A stretch of DNA of 64,000 bases from assembly GCA_031556405.1 (NCBI GenBank), contig JAVBTC010000032.1, positions 2,433 to 66,432 on the forward strand. Direction: 5' to 3'. Made by a program: the position numbers and the translations under genes. This document shows positions 1 to 11,071 of this stretch, in pieces. Source of the DNA: Rhodocyclaceae bacterium. Its GTDB lineage: Bacteria > Pseudomonadota > Gammaproteobacteria > Burkholderiales > Rhodocyclaceae. Every line of letters starts with the position of its first letter. Position 1 is the stretch's first letter. The notes beneath the pieces are model-generated. The model was not told the DNA's origin and did not search any database. It saw nothing but the letters and a program-made list of their open reading frames with translations.

Positions 1-933
<933 letters not shown>

Positions 934-994
934 ACAGCGTTCGGAGCGTCGGAGGTACGTGCGAACGAACGCCCTCTGCGAAAACCCATTATCA

Positions 995-1945
995 TTATCT
1001 CTGGCTGCTGGACACTTTCGTACCGACTATTGGTCCTTTGTGCCCTCCCCACGATGATTCATCTTCCCACCATTTAATTGAGGCAATGCTGAAATCCGCC
1101 TCACTGCGTTCGATTTCCGCGCCGATGCGCCGGTCGCCAATGTAAAGCAGCATGCCGACAAACGTTCCTTGGCGGGAGCCAAGGTTGATCGTTACCTGGA
1201 CGCTTGACCGGGTTTTATGTCTGGGCGGCATCGGCGGATGGGAAAGGTTGAATGTTTCCCGAGTGATGGGACTTACCTGCATCACTTCGCCTTCAAGGGG
1301 GTGCTTCAGAATGCGGGACGCGTATTTGGAAGGCAGATGATCGCACAGAGGAACCGTCTGTTCGATGGCCGGATCCGTTTCACGGTTTTTCGGAATCAAG
1401 CGATCTCTCAAATCGCTGAGTGGAAATGGCTGCCCTGTGGATGTCTTCCCCTCGTTCTTGATTCCGTCGACCCGGTGCAGGAACTCCCATACATTGGTAG
1501 CGCATGGAGCGTAATCATTGACTTGATTCACGTACAAGAGCAGCGCCGTATCGTCAAGCAGTAAACGGTGGTTGTCTACCGCGATGGCGGCATAACGGTA
1601 TGACTGATCGGAACAGGCTGCTTTCCCGTCTTCTGCTGTGTCAGTAACGGTGTCGAAACGCAACACGATTTCTCCGTCAACGTAGGAAGCTTTTCCTGCA
1701 CCATAAACCCGACTGAGGGTACCGCTGTCCCCTGGAGCATCCCAGACTTCCCACTTGAAGTGTCCATTAGCGTCGATGCGCAAAACGTCCAAGTGTCTAT
1801 GGTATACCCCAGCCCAATCTGACAATCCCTGATCTGTAGCTGCGGTGTTGCTTCCGGCGCAGCCGGCGAGGATGGGTAACCCCATCAATATAACTGCAAT
1901 GGAAAACGGCACTTGGTGCTCGTCCCCTTGTTTCGAGACGATCAT
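995..1945 (-). CDS. Hypothetical lipoprotein (orphan) in a low-GC island
   Basis: 316-aa ORF. The N-terminus has a hydrophobic stretch ending in a lipobox-like LAGC. I recognise no family. GC is visibly lower than in the neighbours. Confidence 0.5.
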   Translation of the reverse strand: MIVSKQGDEHQVPFSIAVILMGLPILAGCAGSNTAATDQGLSDWAGVYHRHLDVLRIDANGHFKWEVWDAPGDSGTLSRVYGAGKASYVDGEIVLRFDTVTDTAEDGKAACSDQSYRYAAIAVDNHRLLLDDTALLLYVNQVNDYAPCATNVWEFLHRVDGIKNEGKTSTGQPFPLSDLRDRLIPKNRETDPAIEQTVPLCDHLPSKYASRILKHPLEGEVMQVSPITRETFNLSHPPMPPRHKTRSSVQVTINLGSRQGTFVGMLLYIGDRRIGAEIERSEADFSIASIKWWEDESSWGGHKGPIVGTKVSSSQR

Positions 1946-2090
1946 TGTATTATGACTTATGGTTTTTATTTCGGTGCGGAAAAAGTGTTCTGGTTCGTGT
2001 ATTTTTTTGTTTGAGAGTTAAAGGTATTAGTTTCATTCTCTCAAAAAAGGAAAGCACGGAATGGTCTAGTCTCATGGAGGTAATGTCGTG

Positions 2091-3338
2091 TCAATTGGCA
2101 TGGGCCAAATGTTTCACATCCACTAGAAACTGATCTGATGTCATATATATAATAAAACGCTCGAAAGCGCTGTCTATATTCAAGGAAGAGAGTTCAGTGT
2201 TTTCCCAGTTTTTCTTGTAACCATTTTCTCGATGATAACGATCCCAGAGTGCCTTGATCCAGTCGTTTTTCTGTGTTCGGTCAAAAGTACCGGCCATCAC
2301 GAGACGGCTTAACAGTTCCCAAGGCAGAAAATCATTGTTCTGCTGCAATCTATCGAGCTGCTGATTGGAAAGGACTAGTGGAGCAACATCTTTCACGCGG
2401 GCCACGGTATCAAGGAGAGGGAGTATTTCGTCGGCAAAAAAAGTATTAAATAGATCGAGCCAACGATCGATTTCGGCCAGTGATCTCCAGGCTGGCGCTG
2501 TCCAGTAATGCCCAAAACGCCGTGCCAAGACACTTGGCATCGAGAACAGTTCGTCGGTGTTAAGAGAAAAATCTCTATCTGCTGCACCGCGTTTTTCTTC
2601 TCTGGCCAGATACGGAACGATGGTATTGCCCAGCGCATTCTTCCATATTTGGGATACTGCAGGGCACCCTAACGAAAGAGTGGCCCGAAGGATTGCTCCA
2701 CCCAAATATCTTTCCGGGCCTGGGTCTTTATGCTCTTTGTGTGCAAAAAATACGACAGTTTGTTTAACCTCTCCTATTGTTCTTGCAATAAAAAAACGAA
2801 TTGGGGACGAAGCGCTGAATTTGAAACCATGGGAAGCGAAACGCTGGCAAAAACTATCTTTGGCATAGTTCAGGATATCTTTTTTCGTAATCTGGACGAA
2901 GGGGATGTCATACAAGCGTGGTTGAATATCCAATGGCGTTTGAAGTGGTGTTTCGTCTCCGTTCATATCCACCACCATCCGGTCGATGCGATAGAGCAGG
3001 CCGTTTTGTTGGTCCAATATATGCAGTTGCGCTCGTGCGGCAGCATTCCCGATATGTGACATCAAATTTGCATCGATAAGATCTGTCCGGAGAGCAACTA
3101 CATAAACTGTATCGTCATCATCGGAGAATTCGTTATTTAACCCTTCCGGCCAAATATTTTCCTGGCTATCAGAGCCTTGGCCGGAATAATCGGGGTAAAT
3201 GGCGGTGATATCGCTGATGAATTGTCGGAATCGTGCGAAATCAGCCTTCGTGGCTTTTGGAGGGTTATTTATAAATGCTACAGCCTCATCAATAGTAAAA
3301 ATATCTTGAGCATGAAAAAAATCGAGAAGAAAACTCAT
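2091..3338 (-). CDS. Hypothetical cytoplasmic protein (orphan) in a low-GC island
   Basis: Long ORF. I prefer the internal start MSFLLDFF (ATG at 3336-3338) because a GGAGG Shine-Dalgarno lies about 9 nt upstream. No recognisable domain and no signal peptide. GC is roughly 40-45 percent by eye. Confidence 0.5.
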   Translation of the reverse strand: MSFLLDFFHAQDIFTIDEAVAFINNPPKATKADFARFRQFISDITAIYPDYSGQGSDSQENIWPEGLNNEFSDDDDTVYVVALRTDLIDANLMSHIGNAAARAQLHILDQQNGLLYRIDRMVVDMNGDETPLQTPLDIQPRLYDIPFVQITKKDILNYAKDSFCQRFASHGFKFSASSPIRFFIARTIGEVKQTVVFFAHKEHKDPGPERYLGGAILRATLSLGCPAVSQIWKNALGNTIVPYLAREEKRGAADRDFSLNTDELFSMPSVLARRFGHYWTAPAWRSLAEIDRWLDLFNTFFADEILPLLDTVARVKDVAPLVLSNQQLDRLQQNNDFLPWELLSRLVMAGTFDRTQKNDWIKALWDRYHRENGYKKNWENTELSSLNIDSAFERFIIYMTSDQFLVDVKHLAHAN

Positions 3339-3437
3339 ACTGAAATCCTCCAGAGGTGAGCGTCGTTTACAGAAATGCATTCAAACAGTGTGAGAACAAT
3401 AATTTGTGTGACTCAAAAATAAAGACATTGGTCACAT

Positions 3438-4739
3438 TTATTCAGTCGTCACCCTTCGCCAGAACCCAGAAGAAAACTTCGGATCGACATAAGCGCGGAA
3501 TTCCTCCCAGCGCGGATAGCCGGAACGGAACAGTGCTCCCGGCATGCGTGCGTCCTTGGCGGGATAGAGCCGCCCGCTGGCGCTGGCGACGACGCCGTCC
3601 AGGTGCGTGAACAGATCGAGCGTCGCGGCGCCGCGGTTCGGGAAGTCGAGCGCCAGCGTGGTTCCGGACATCGGAAAGGAGAGCATGCCGCAGGCGGGCT
3701 GGTTGCCGAAGGTCTTCAGCACGGCGAGGAAGGAGCCCTGGCCGCTGCCGGAAATGATGTCGAGCATTTCGGCGATCGCGTCGGGCGCGGCGCGCGGCGG
3801 AATGACGCACTGGTATTGATAGAACCCCTTCCCGCCGTAGATGCGGTTCCAGTGGCCGATGGCGTCGAGCGGGTAGAAATAGGGCGGATACGGCACGCGC
3901 GCCCGGGGCGGCCACGGTTTGCGGTAGTAGGCGCAGTTGAAGGCTTTCAGGCTGGCGCGGTTGATCGTGGAGAAAGGCGGCGCGAACGGGACGGTCAGGC
4001 GCGGCGGATCGGCCATTCGGGCCTTTCCGCGCGGCGGCGGCAGTGCGTCTTCCTCATGGTCGCCGGCCATCAGCACGCCGCGCGGCGTCGCGGCCAGGCA
4101 GTCGATCCAGGCGACGGCGTACTCGTGCTCGCGCTCGGCGGCGGCGTTGAGGGCGAAGAATTCGTCGAGTCCGGTGAAGCGCTGGTTATGGACGTCGATG
4201 CCGGAGCTTTTGACGGCTTTCAGTTGCAGTTCGGCCTGGACGATCAGGCCGGTGAGCCCGAGACCTCCGACCGTCGCGGCGAACCAGTCGGGATGTTCCT
4301 GCGCCGAGCAGAGACGGCGCGAGCCGTCGGAGCGCAGCAGTTCGAAGGAGCGCACCCAGGCGCCGAAACTGCTGGCGCCGTGATGGTTCTTTCCGTGCAC
4401 GTCGTTGGCGAGGGCGCCGCCGACGGTGACGTAGCGCGTTCCCGGCGTCACCGGCAGGAACCAGCCGCGCGGCACGGCGAGGTCGAGAATGTCGGCGAGC
4501 AGGACGCCGGCCTCGCAGCGCAGGATGCCGCGTTCGGCATCGAAGGCGATGAAGCGGTCGAGTCCGCGCGTGCGCAGAAGCCCTTCGCCGGGGTTGAGGC
4601 CGACGTCGCCGTAGCTCCGGCCGTTGCCGTAGGGAATCAGCGTTTCAGAGACATCGGGCAGCGGCGCCGAGCGCCGGAAACAATCGTATTCGGCGGCGGC
4701 GGGAGGCCAGGGCAGCGCGCCCCAGGAAGTGGAAGGCAT
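3438..4739 (-). CDS. FAD-binding (PCMH-type) oxidoreductase, DprE1/alditol-oxidase-like
   Basis: The motifs GNGRSYGD, VTVGGALANDVHGKNHH and a long C-terminal cap domain are typical of the FAD-linked oxidase family. Confidence 0.75.
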   Translation of the reverse strand: MPSTSWGALPWPPAAAEYDCFRRSAPLPDVSETLIPYGNGRSYGDVGLNPGEGLLRTRGLDRFIAFDAERGILRCEAGVLLADILDLAVPRGWFLPVTPGTRYVTVGGALANDVHGKNHHGASSFGAWVRSFELLRSDGSRRLCSAQEHPDWFAATVGGLGLTGLIVQAELQLKAVKSSGIDVHNQRFTGLDEFFALNAAAEREHEYAVAWIDCLAATPRGVLMAGDHEEDALPPPRGKARMADPPRLTVPFAPPFSTINRASLKAFNCAYYRKPWPPRARVPYPPYFYPLDAIGHWNRIYGGKGFYQYQCVIPPRAAPDAIAEMLDIISGSGQGSFLAVLKTFGNQPACGMLSFPMSGTTLALDFPNRGAATLDLFTHLDGVVASASGRLYPAKDARMPGALFRSGYPRWEEFRAYVDPKFSSGFWRRVTTE

Positions 4740-5022
4740 GAGCGTCGGTCAGTCCATGCGATGAGAGGGAAAGTGCGGAGATAACGGAAGGCCGGGAACG
4801 TCCCCAGCATCGGCCAGCGCGATATTGTCGCCATGATACCCGTAGCGGCGCCGGAATAGACTCGACTCCGGAATGGCCTCCGAAAAATTATCCGTCATTG
4901 CCGTGGCTTCGTTCATTGACATTTGCGTGGCCTTCTCCAACAATCCGCGCTTCCCTGGAGGCTGTCCCGACGGCGGCGGCCGATGCGCGACGATCGCGCA
5001 GGAAATTAATGGAGATAAATCG

Positions 5023-6630
5023 ATGCGCATATTCCTGGCGGTTTTTTTCTCATGTTTCTTGCTGGCGTTCGCACCGGCGCACGCCGCGTCCGCAGATGAA
5101 GGAACGCGAAGCGACGAAGGAGAAACGGCGGCGATTCTGAAAGCGCGGGAGGGCCTGGTGGATCTCACCGCCTACATGGCGACCCGGCCGGATCTTTTTC
5201 CGCTGCGCCCGCCGACGAAAAAACGGGTTCTGACGCCCGCGCAGAGCCAGGAGGTGCGCGATCTCTGGGGGCGTTTCCTCGATTACCAGTTGATGCTCGA
5301 TGCTTCATGGCGGCGCTTGGATGAGCACCTGAGCGAACGTGGGGAAGAGAACGGGCGAAGCAGATCGGAAGACGCCGCGCGCTTCGCCACGCGTTACGCC
5401 GCCTTCCTGACGCGCTATCGCTATGCGCTCGAATTCATCCGGCTGGCCGATGCCGATCCGGCGGTGCGCGTCGTGCTCAACGAGCCCGCCACCGAAATCG
5501 GCCTGCCGGAGCGCGGCTACGCCGATTTCAAATTCCGCTTCCTGCATGTGGCGATGGCGGGCGAGTTCACGTCGCTGTCTGCTGCACACTCCGCTACTTA
5601 TTCCACCATGTATTCATCCGCGTCGCCGCGCCGCTGCGGTGAGAAAGCGGCGCCGCTGGACCGGGCCATCCGGGAAGACGAACGCTATCTCTGGCGGGCG
5701 GGCAGGGCGCACGGCCTGGTGAACACGCTGCGCAACGCCGGGCAGATCGCCCGGGAAGGCGGTTCGAAGCTGGTCTTTCCGCTCCAGAAGGGTGTTTCCG
5801 AATGGATGGGGCAGACGCGGGTGGCGAGCGGCGATCATTTCCTGATTTCCGCCGACCAGATTGCCGCGCTGCGTCCCCGGTTGCATCCCGGCGACATTCT
5901 GCTCGAACGGCGGGAATGGTATCTCTCCAACATCGGCCTGCCCGGATTCTGGCCGCACGCGGCGCTGTACATCGGCGATGTAGAGGAACGGAGCGCGTAT
6001 TTCGACACCCCGGAAATCCGTACCTGGGTTCAGGCACAGGGGATTTCCGACGGCCGTTTCGAAACCTTGCTGCAAACGCGCCATCCGCGCGCCTACCGCC
6101 TCAGTCAACAGCCGGATGGCGCGGGTGATACGCCGCGGATCATCGAGGCGATCGGCAAGGGCGTCAGTTTCACCTCGCTCGAGCATTCGGCGGCGTCGGA
6201 TTCCCTGGCGGTGCTGCGGCCGCGCCTTTCGCGCCTCGAAATTGCGCGGGCGGTGCTGAAATCCTTCGATTATTTCGGCCGGCCGTACGATTTCGATTTC
6301 GATTTCCGCACCGACGGGGAACTGGTCTGCACGGAGCTGGTGTTCAAGTCGTACCGCCCGGAAGGTAATGGTCAGGATGGCCGGCAGGGCCTCGACTGGC
6401 CGCTGACCAGTGTCGCCGGCCGCCCGGTGCTCACCGCCAACAATATCGTGCGGTATTTCGACGAAACCTGGCAGATGCCCGCGCAGCACCTCGATCTGGT
6501 GGCATTTTTCGACGGCAACGCGCGCACCGGACGCGCGGAGGAAAGCGACCTGGAAAACTTCCGCGCCAGTTGGCGCCGCCCTAAATGGCATATCTTCGTG
6601 CAGGAGGACGGTCGCCGCGCCCCCCAGTAA
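5023..6630 (+). CDS. Secreted YiiX/YaeF-like permuted papain-fold (NlpC/P60 clan) protein with a large N-terminal extension
   Basis: The signal peptide MRIFLAVFFSCFLLAFAPAHA starts at 5023. The C-terminal part has GDILLERREWYLSNIG..WPHAALYIG and ..LVCTELVFKSY, resembling the C92/YiiX family. Confidence 0.55.
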   Translation: MRIFLAVFFSCFLLAFAPAHAASADEGTRSDEGETAAILKAREGLVDLTAYMATRPDLFPLRPPTKKRVLTPAQSQEVRDLWGRFLDYQLMLDASWRRLDEHLSERGEENGRSRSEDAARFATRYAAFLTRYRYALEFIRLADADPAVRVVLNEPATEIGLPERGYADFKFRFLHVAMAGEFTSLSAAHSATYSTMYSSASPRRCGEKAAPLDRAIREDERYLWRAGRAHGLVNTLRNAGQIAREGGSKLVFPLQKGVSEWMGQTRVASGDHFLISADQIAALRPRLHPGDILLERREWYLSNIGLPGFWPHAALYIGDVEERSAYFDTPEIRTWVQAQGISDGRFETLLQTRHPRAYRLSQQPDGAGDTPRIIEAIGKGVSFTSLEHSAASDSLAVLRPRLSRLEIARAVLKSFDYFGRPYDFDFDFRTDGELVCTELVFKSYRPEGNGQDGRQGLDWPLTSVAGRPVLTANNIVRYFDETWQMPAQHLDLVAFFDGNARTGRAEESDLENFRASWRRPKWHIFVQEDGRRAPQ

Positions 6631-6670
6631 TGAATTGACGAACGGAAAAGAGGCGTCGCCGCGTTCAGGG

Positions 6671-6755
6671 ATATCTGTATTCCATTATTGAATGAAATTC
6701 AATTTGGTATGTGTAGCCATATATATGCTCAAATTATTTCATTTATGTTTTTGTG
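6671..6755. repeat. AT-rich intergenic element, copy A (degenerate member)
   Basis: AAATTCAATT (6695-6704) is identical to 11852-11861 in copy B. Palindrome TTGAAT-GAA-ATTCAA at 6688-6702. A CATATATAT core resembles the one in copy E. Confidence 0.35.
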
Positions 6756-6953
6756 CCGTAACGCCGTGATCCGTATCTTTCGCGTATCCCGGGTGAAGGG
6801 CGCCAAGCCGTGAGGTGCGTATAGAGGCGGGGCGGGTTCTGGTCTAAAAACGCTTCTTCTGCCATGATAAAAAATTGTTGCTCTCGCTCTGGTATGGTTT
6901 TTTTCCGGTTGCGGTTTTCCTCATGACGGATTTTTCCTCTCTCTTTCATCGGC

Positions 6954-8474
6954 ATGCTTGAATCCTTGCGCAAAATATTCGGCCGCAATCCGGCTCCGGA
7001 GAGAGCGACGGAGCCGGCGCGCCAGCCGCATCCACAGCCGCCGTTTCAACCGCCGCCGGAAAGAAGCAGCGCGGATATGGCGGTGAAGGCGGCGAGCAAT
7101 GCGGTGGCGAATGAAAAAGAGCCTTCCGCCTTCGTTTGTCACGAAGCACTGCTGGGGCGCGATCAGCGGATCGTCGGCTACGAATTCGGCCATTCGCGGC
7201 AGTTGCAGGCGCGCATGATGGACAAGCACGCCCGGATCCGCCGTTTTTACGATGAAGTCCTGCTCCAGCATCTGTCTTCCCTGCAAATCGATTCCCTGCT
7301 CGGCGCGCGCCTGGCGTTCGTCGAGATATCCCCCGATTCGCTCGCGCATCCCGCGCTTTCCCGTCTGCCGAAGCGGAACCTTGCGCTGTTGCTGACGTTC
7401 GCGGAAGCGCTGGAATATTCCGATCCCCAAATCGCCGCCAATATCGTCGCGGCGCTCGCCGTGTTGCGTGCGCAGGGCGTGCGCGTCGGGCTGAAGTGGC
7501 AGCGGGAGTGGGGACGGGAGTGGGGACGGGGGCAGGGCCGTTCCCGGGGCGGAGCGGGATTTCTGCCCTGGGCGGATTTCGTCCAGATATCGTGGCACGA
7601 GTATGCCGGAGGCGCCGCCGAGCACGCGCTCACCGAGGAAATCGCGCGGCTTCGCCACCGGGCCGTGGATGCGGAAGGCGCGCAGGAAGCGGCGCAACAC
7701 AACGCGGCGCCGTTGCGGCTGATTGCCGGCGGATTGCAGAACCCGAACGACTTCAGTCTTTGCTACCGCTTGGGTTTCGATTTCTTCCGCGGACCGTTCG
7801 TCAACAGCCGCGACCAGTGGACGCCGCAGCAAAGTTCGATCAATCGCCTGCGCGTGGTGCAGCTTCTGAACGGCGTCCGCCGCGATGCCGATACCACGCG
7901 CCTGGTGCAGGAATTGAAGCAGGACCCGGTGCTTTCCTACAAGCTGCTGCGCTACATCAATTCGCCTGCCATCGGCCTGCAACGGGAAATCACGACGCTC
8001 GACCAGGCGGTCACTATCCTGGGGCGGGAAAATCTGTACCGCTGGCTGTCGCTGCTGCTGTTCAACATGACCGACCCCGGCTACCGCGAATGGGCGCTCA
8101 CCGAGCAGGCGCTGGCGCGCGCGGCGCTGATGGAACGGCTGGGCCGCGAAGCCAAGCGGAGCGGACAGCAGGCGCCTGTATCCGACGCGCTCTTTCTCAC
8201 CGGGCTGTTTTCACTGCTCGACCAGTTGCTCGGTGAACCGCTCTCGATGCTCACCGCGAAAATCCAGTTGCCGCCGGAAATTTCCATGGCCCTGGTCGAA
8301 CGCCGGGGCGTGCTGGCCGCGTTTCTCGCGCTGGCCGAAGCCTGCGAGGCCGAAGACCCGCACGCGATTGCCGCGTGCGCGAAGCCGCTGGGATTCTCCG
8401 CCGCCGTCGTCAACCACGCCGTTTTCGATGCACTGGCCTGGGCGCATGAGATGACGGAAATTTCGGCGTCGTGA
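6954..8474 (+). CDS. Signal-transduction protein with a degenerate EAL-like N-terminal domain plus an HDOD domain (COG3434/YuxH-like)
   Basis: The C-terminal half has the HDOD hallmark LLRYINSPAIGLQREITTLDQAVTILGRENLYRWL. The N-terminal half has an EAL-family layout (..VGYEF.., ..FAEALEY.., ..GFDFFRGPF). Confidence 0.75.
   Translation: MLESLRKIFGRNPAPERATEPARQPHPQPPFQPPPERSSADMAVKAASNAVANEKEPSAFVCHEALLGRDQRIVGYEFGHSRQLQARMMDKHARIRRFYDEVLLQHLSSLQIDSLLGARLAFVEISPDSLAHPALSRLPKRNLALLLTFAEALEYSDPQIAANIVAALAVLRAQGVRVGLKWQREWGREWGRGQGRSRGGAGFLPWADFVQISWHEYAGGAAEHALTEEIARLRHRAVDAEGAQEAAQHNAAPLRLIAGGLQNPNDFSLCYRLGFDFFRGPFVNSRDQWTPQQSSINRLRVVQLLNGVRRDADTTRLVQELKQDPVLSYKLLRYINSPAIGLQREITTLDQAVTILGRENLYRWLSLLLFNMTDPGYREWALTEQALARAALMERLGREAKRSGQQAPVSDALFLTGLFSLLDQLLGEPLSMLTAKIQLPPEISMALVERRGVLAAFLALAEACEAEDPHAIAACAKPLGFSAAVVNHAVFDALAWAHEMTEISAS
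7504..7527 (+). repeat. Perfect 12-nt tandem duplication GGGAGTGGGGAC x2 inside the EAL-like domain (encodes REWG-REWG)
   Basis: Read directly from the sequence at 7504-7515 and 7516-7527. Confidence 0.9.
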
Positions 8475-8572
8475 CAGCGCTTTTTTCGCTTGCGGGGAAG
8501 AATTTTCAGGGCGGTTTTTCAAACGAGCACGTTTGATTCCGCGTGGGCACGCTGCGGGTGCGTGGTATTTCG

Positions 8573-9730
8573 TCAAACGATGATCCCGCCGCCCAGACAA
8601 ACACGGGATTCATAGAGCACCAGCGATTGCCCCGGCGTCACCGCCCATTGCGGCGCGGCGAAGCGGACGCGGATGCGGGATTCCTTGCCGTCCGATGTTT
8701 CCCTCGGCTCGATTTCGCACGGCGCGTCTGCGGTGCGGTAACGGGTTTTCGCCGTATAGACCCAGTTGGAGTGAGGCATGCGGCCGTTGACCCAGGAAAG
8801 GTCGGCGGCGGTCACGGTGTCGGCGGCGAGCGCCGGATGATCGTGTCCCTGCACGACATAGAGCACGTTCGCGGCGACATCCTTTTTCGCGACGAACCAG
8901 GCGTCGTGGTCGCCGCCGCCGCCTTTCTGTCCGCCGATCTGCAATCCCTTGCGCTGGCCGATGGTGTGGTAGGTCATGCCGTCATGCGTGCCGAGCACGC
9001 GGTCCGTATCGAGGTCGCGGATCTCGCCCCGGCGCGGCGGCAGGTAGCGCATCAGGAATTCCTTGAACGGGCGCTCGCCGATGAAACAGATCCCGGTCGA
9101 ATCCTTTTTGGCGGCGACGTGCAGCCCCGACTCGGCGGCGATCTTGCGCACGTCGCGCTTGTACAGGCCGGCCAGCGGAAAAAGCGTGCGCGAGAGCTGT
9201 TCCTGGTTCAGCCGGTAGAGAAAGTAGCTCTGGTCCTTGGTGCCGTCTTCGGCTTTGAGCAACTGGAATTCACGGCCATGGTCGCCGTCGGCTTCACGTA
9301 CGCCGGCGTAGTGGCCGGTGGCGATTTTTTCGGCGCCGAGCTTGAGCGCATGATCGAGAAAGGCGCGGAACTTGATTTCGGAGTTGCACAGCACGTCCGG
9401 GTTCGGCGTGCGTCCGGCTTCGTATTCGCGCAGGAATTCGGCGAACACGCGTTCCTTGTATTCGCGCGCGAAATTGACGACCTCGACGTCGATGCCGAGC
9501 GTGTCGGCGACACTGACGACGTCGAGCAGGTCCTGGCGCGAGGCGCAATATTCGTCGTCATCGTCGTCCTCCCAGTTCTTCATGAACAGGCCGACGACGC
9601 GATAGCCCTGGCGTTTCAGGAGCAGCGCGGCGACGGCGGAGTCGACGCCGCCGGAGAGGCCGACGACGACGGTGGAGGATGAGGAAGATGGGGAGGGATT
9701 ATTCGTCGATGACATCGGGTTCGTTTCCAT
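8573..9730 (-). CDS. mnmA: tRNA 2-thiouridine(34) synthase MnmA
   Basis: PP-loop [13 protein letters not shown], then CNSEIKF, GHYA and the C-terminal barrel. The ORF is open back to 9886, but the family length fits a start at METNP (9730) or MSSTN (9715). Confidence 0.9.
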   Translation of the reverse strand: METNPMSSTNNPSPSSSSSTVVVGLSGGVDSAVAALLLKRQGYRVVGLFMKNWEDDDDDEYCASRQDLLDVVSVADTLGIDVEVVNFAREYKERVFAEFLREYEAGRTPNPDVLCNSEIKFRAFLDHALKLGAEKIATGHYAGVREADGDHGREFQLLKAEDGTKDQSYFLYRLNQEQLSRTLFPLAGLYKRDVRKIAAESGLHVAAKKDSTGICFIGERPFKEFLMRYLPPRRGEIRDLDTDRVLGTHDGMTYHTIGQRKGLQIGGQKGGGGDHDAWFVAKKDVAANVLYVVQGHDHPALAADTVTAADLSWVNGRMPHSNWVYTAKTRYRTADAPCEIEPRETSDGKESRIRVRFAAPQWAVTPGQSLVLYESRVCLGGGIIV

Positions 9731-10427
9731 TGAGCCATTCCTGTAACGGGAACACGGCCGCCGGCTGGCCGTTGTCGAAATACCAGCTGTCGACGACGAA
9801 GCGGCGGTCGCCGGGTTCCGCCGCAACGGGTTCCGCCACAATCCCGCCGGTATCGGTACGGGTTCCGGGAGCGGCATTTGCCACATTCGCCGTATTTGCG
9901 GCCAGAGTGTTTCCGGCCACGGCGGGGACGATTTCCTCGATCACCGCCGAGTAATGCTGGAAGATCACGAAGCGCAGGCGCTGATACGGCGGCAGTACCC
10001 GGTGCCAGCGCAGCATTCCGCGCGCTTCGAGCATCTTGAGCAGTCTCGTCGTCGTCGTGGAATGATCGATGCAATCCATGCGGCCACGGACGCCGTGATC
10101 GGAATAATTGCCGCCGCGATCGGCGGAAATCGGCGTTTGTTTACCGGCCCATCCGAGCAGGCGGCCGATGGCGAGCGAGATCTTTTCGCGCTCTCCGGCG
10201 GCATCGCGCGCTTCTCGCAGAAGGGCGCGGATTTCCCGCAATTGTACTTCCGAATAGATGACGGGTTCCTGCGCGGCGCAGCCGTAGTTGTAGCAGACGG
10301 TGACGGTTTCGTCGGCGGCGGCGTGGAAAGAGAGACAGAGACAAAAAATGCCCATGATGGCCAGCGCGGGCCGGCGGAGGCACAAACAATGAAGAACAGA
10401 AAATGGGTTCATGGCGGAATGCTGCAT
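9699..10427 (-). CDS. Hypothetical exported protein
   Basis: 242-aa ORF with an N-terminal signal-like segment (..[17 protein letters not shown]). It sits between the NUDIX gene and mnmA. No family recognised. Confidence 0.5.
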   Translation of the reverse strand: MQHSAMNPFSVLHCLCLRRPALAIMGIFCLCLSFHAAADETVTVCYNYGCAAQEPVIYSEVQLREIRALLREARDAAGEREKISLAIGRLLGWAGKQTPISADRGGNYSDHGVRGRMDCIDHSTTTTRLLKMLEARGMLRWHRVLPPYQRLRFVIFQHYSAVIEEIVPAVAGNTLAANTANVANAAPGTRTDTGGIVAEPVAAEPGDRRFVVDSWYFDNGQPAAVFPLQEWLNGNEPDVIDE

Positions 10428-10444
10428 TGTCGCCGTGTGCGGGA

Positions 10445-10500
10445 AGATGAAAGGAAAAAAACGAAAAGGAGAAAACGCGCCGACGCCTCAGGCCGGCGCG
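10445..10500 (-). terminator. Possible intrinsic terminator overlapping the NUDIX stop codon
   Basis: 7-bp GC stem CGCGCCG/CGGCGCG (10476-10482 / 10494-10500), followed on the minus strand by a T-rich run (complement of 10445-10470). Confidence 0.35.
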
Positions 10501-10940
10501 TGGTAGGTCAGAAGATCGAGCGGATAGCGCCGCCCTGCCTGCCAGTCCGCGATGGCGCGCGCCACCAGCGGGCTGCGGTGGTGCGGCGTCAACGCTTCGA
10601 CTTCCTCCGGCGCGAACCAGTGCGCGGCGACGATGCCGGCATCGAGCGTGCGGCCGGCTTCGTGTCCGTCGATGTGGCCGCCGAATGCGAAGCGCAGCCA
10701 GGTGATTCCGTCCGGCGTATCGCGCCAGTGGTAAATGCCGACCAGGTATTCGGGGACGAAGCGGTAGGCGCTTTCCTCCAGCGTTTCGCGCGCCACCGCG
10801 GCGCACAGGGATTCGCCGAATTCCAGGTGCCCGGCCGGCTGGTTGTAGCGGATACCCTCCTTCGTTTCCTCTTCGACGAGCAGAAAACGGCCTTCCCGTT
10901 CGACGACGGCGGCAACGGTGACGTTGGGTTTCCAGATCAT
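10488..10940 (-). CDS. NUDIX hydrolase (NudJ-like; sits beside mnmA, which I recall is also the E. coli nudJ arrangement)
   Basis: Nudix box GHLEFGESLCAAVARETLEESAY. Start chosen at MIWKPNVTVAAVV (ATG at 10938-10940). The longer ORF N-terminus is low-complexity read-through. Confidence 0.8.
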   Translation of the reverse strand: MIWKPNVTVAAVVEREGRFLLVEEETKEGIRYNQPAGHLEFGESLCAAVARETLEESAYRFVPEYLVGIYHWRDTPDGITWLRFAFGGHIDGHEAGRTLDAGIVAAHWFAPEEVEALTPHHRSPLVARAIADWQAGRRYPLDLLTYHAPA

Positions 10941-11071
10941 GGGGATTCGAAGCCGGCGGCGCCGGGGGATAACCGGGAGCGCCGCGAATGAAAGGGGAGC
11001 ACTATAGCATGTCTGGACATCGGCTATGATCGGGCATTCCGGCGGTTGTCGGTTGTTGATGGGGGTTCGCA

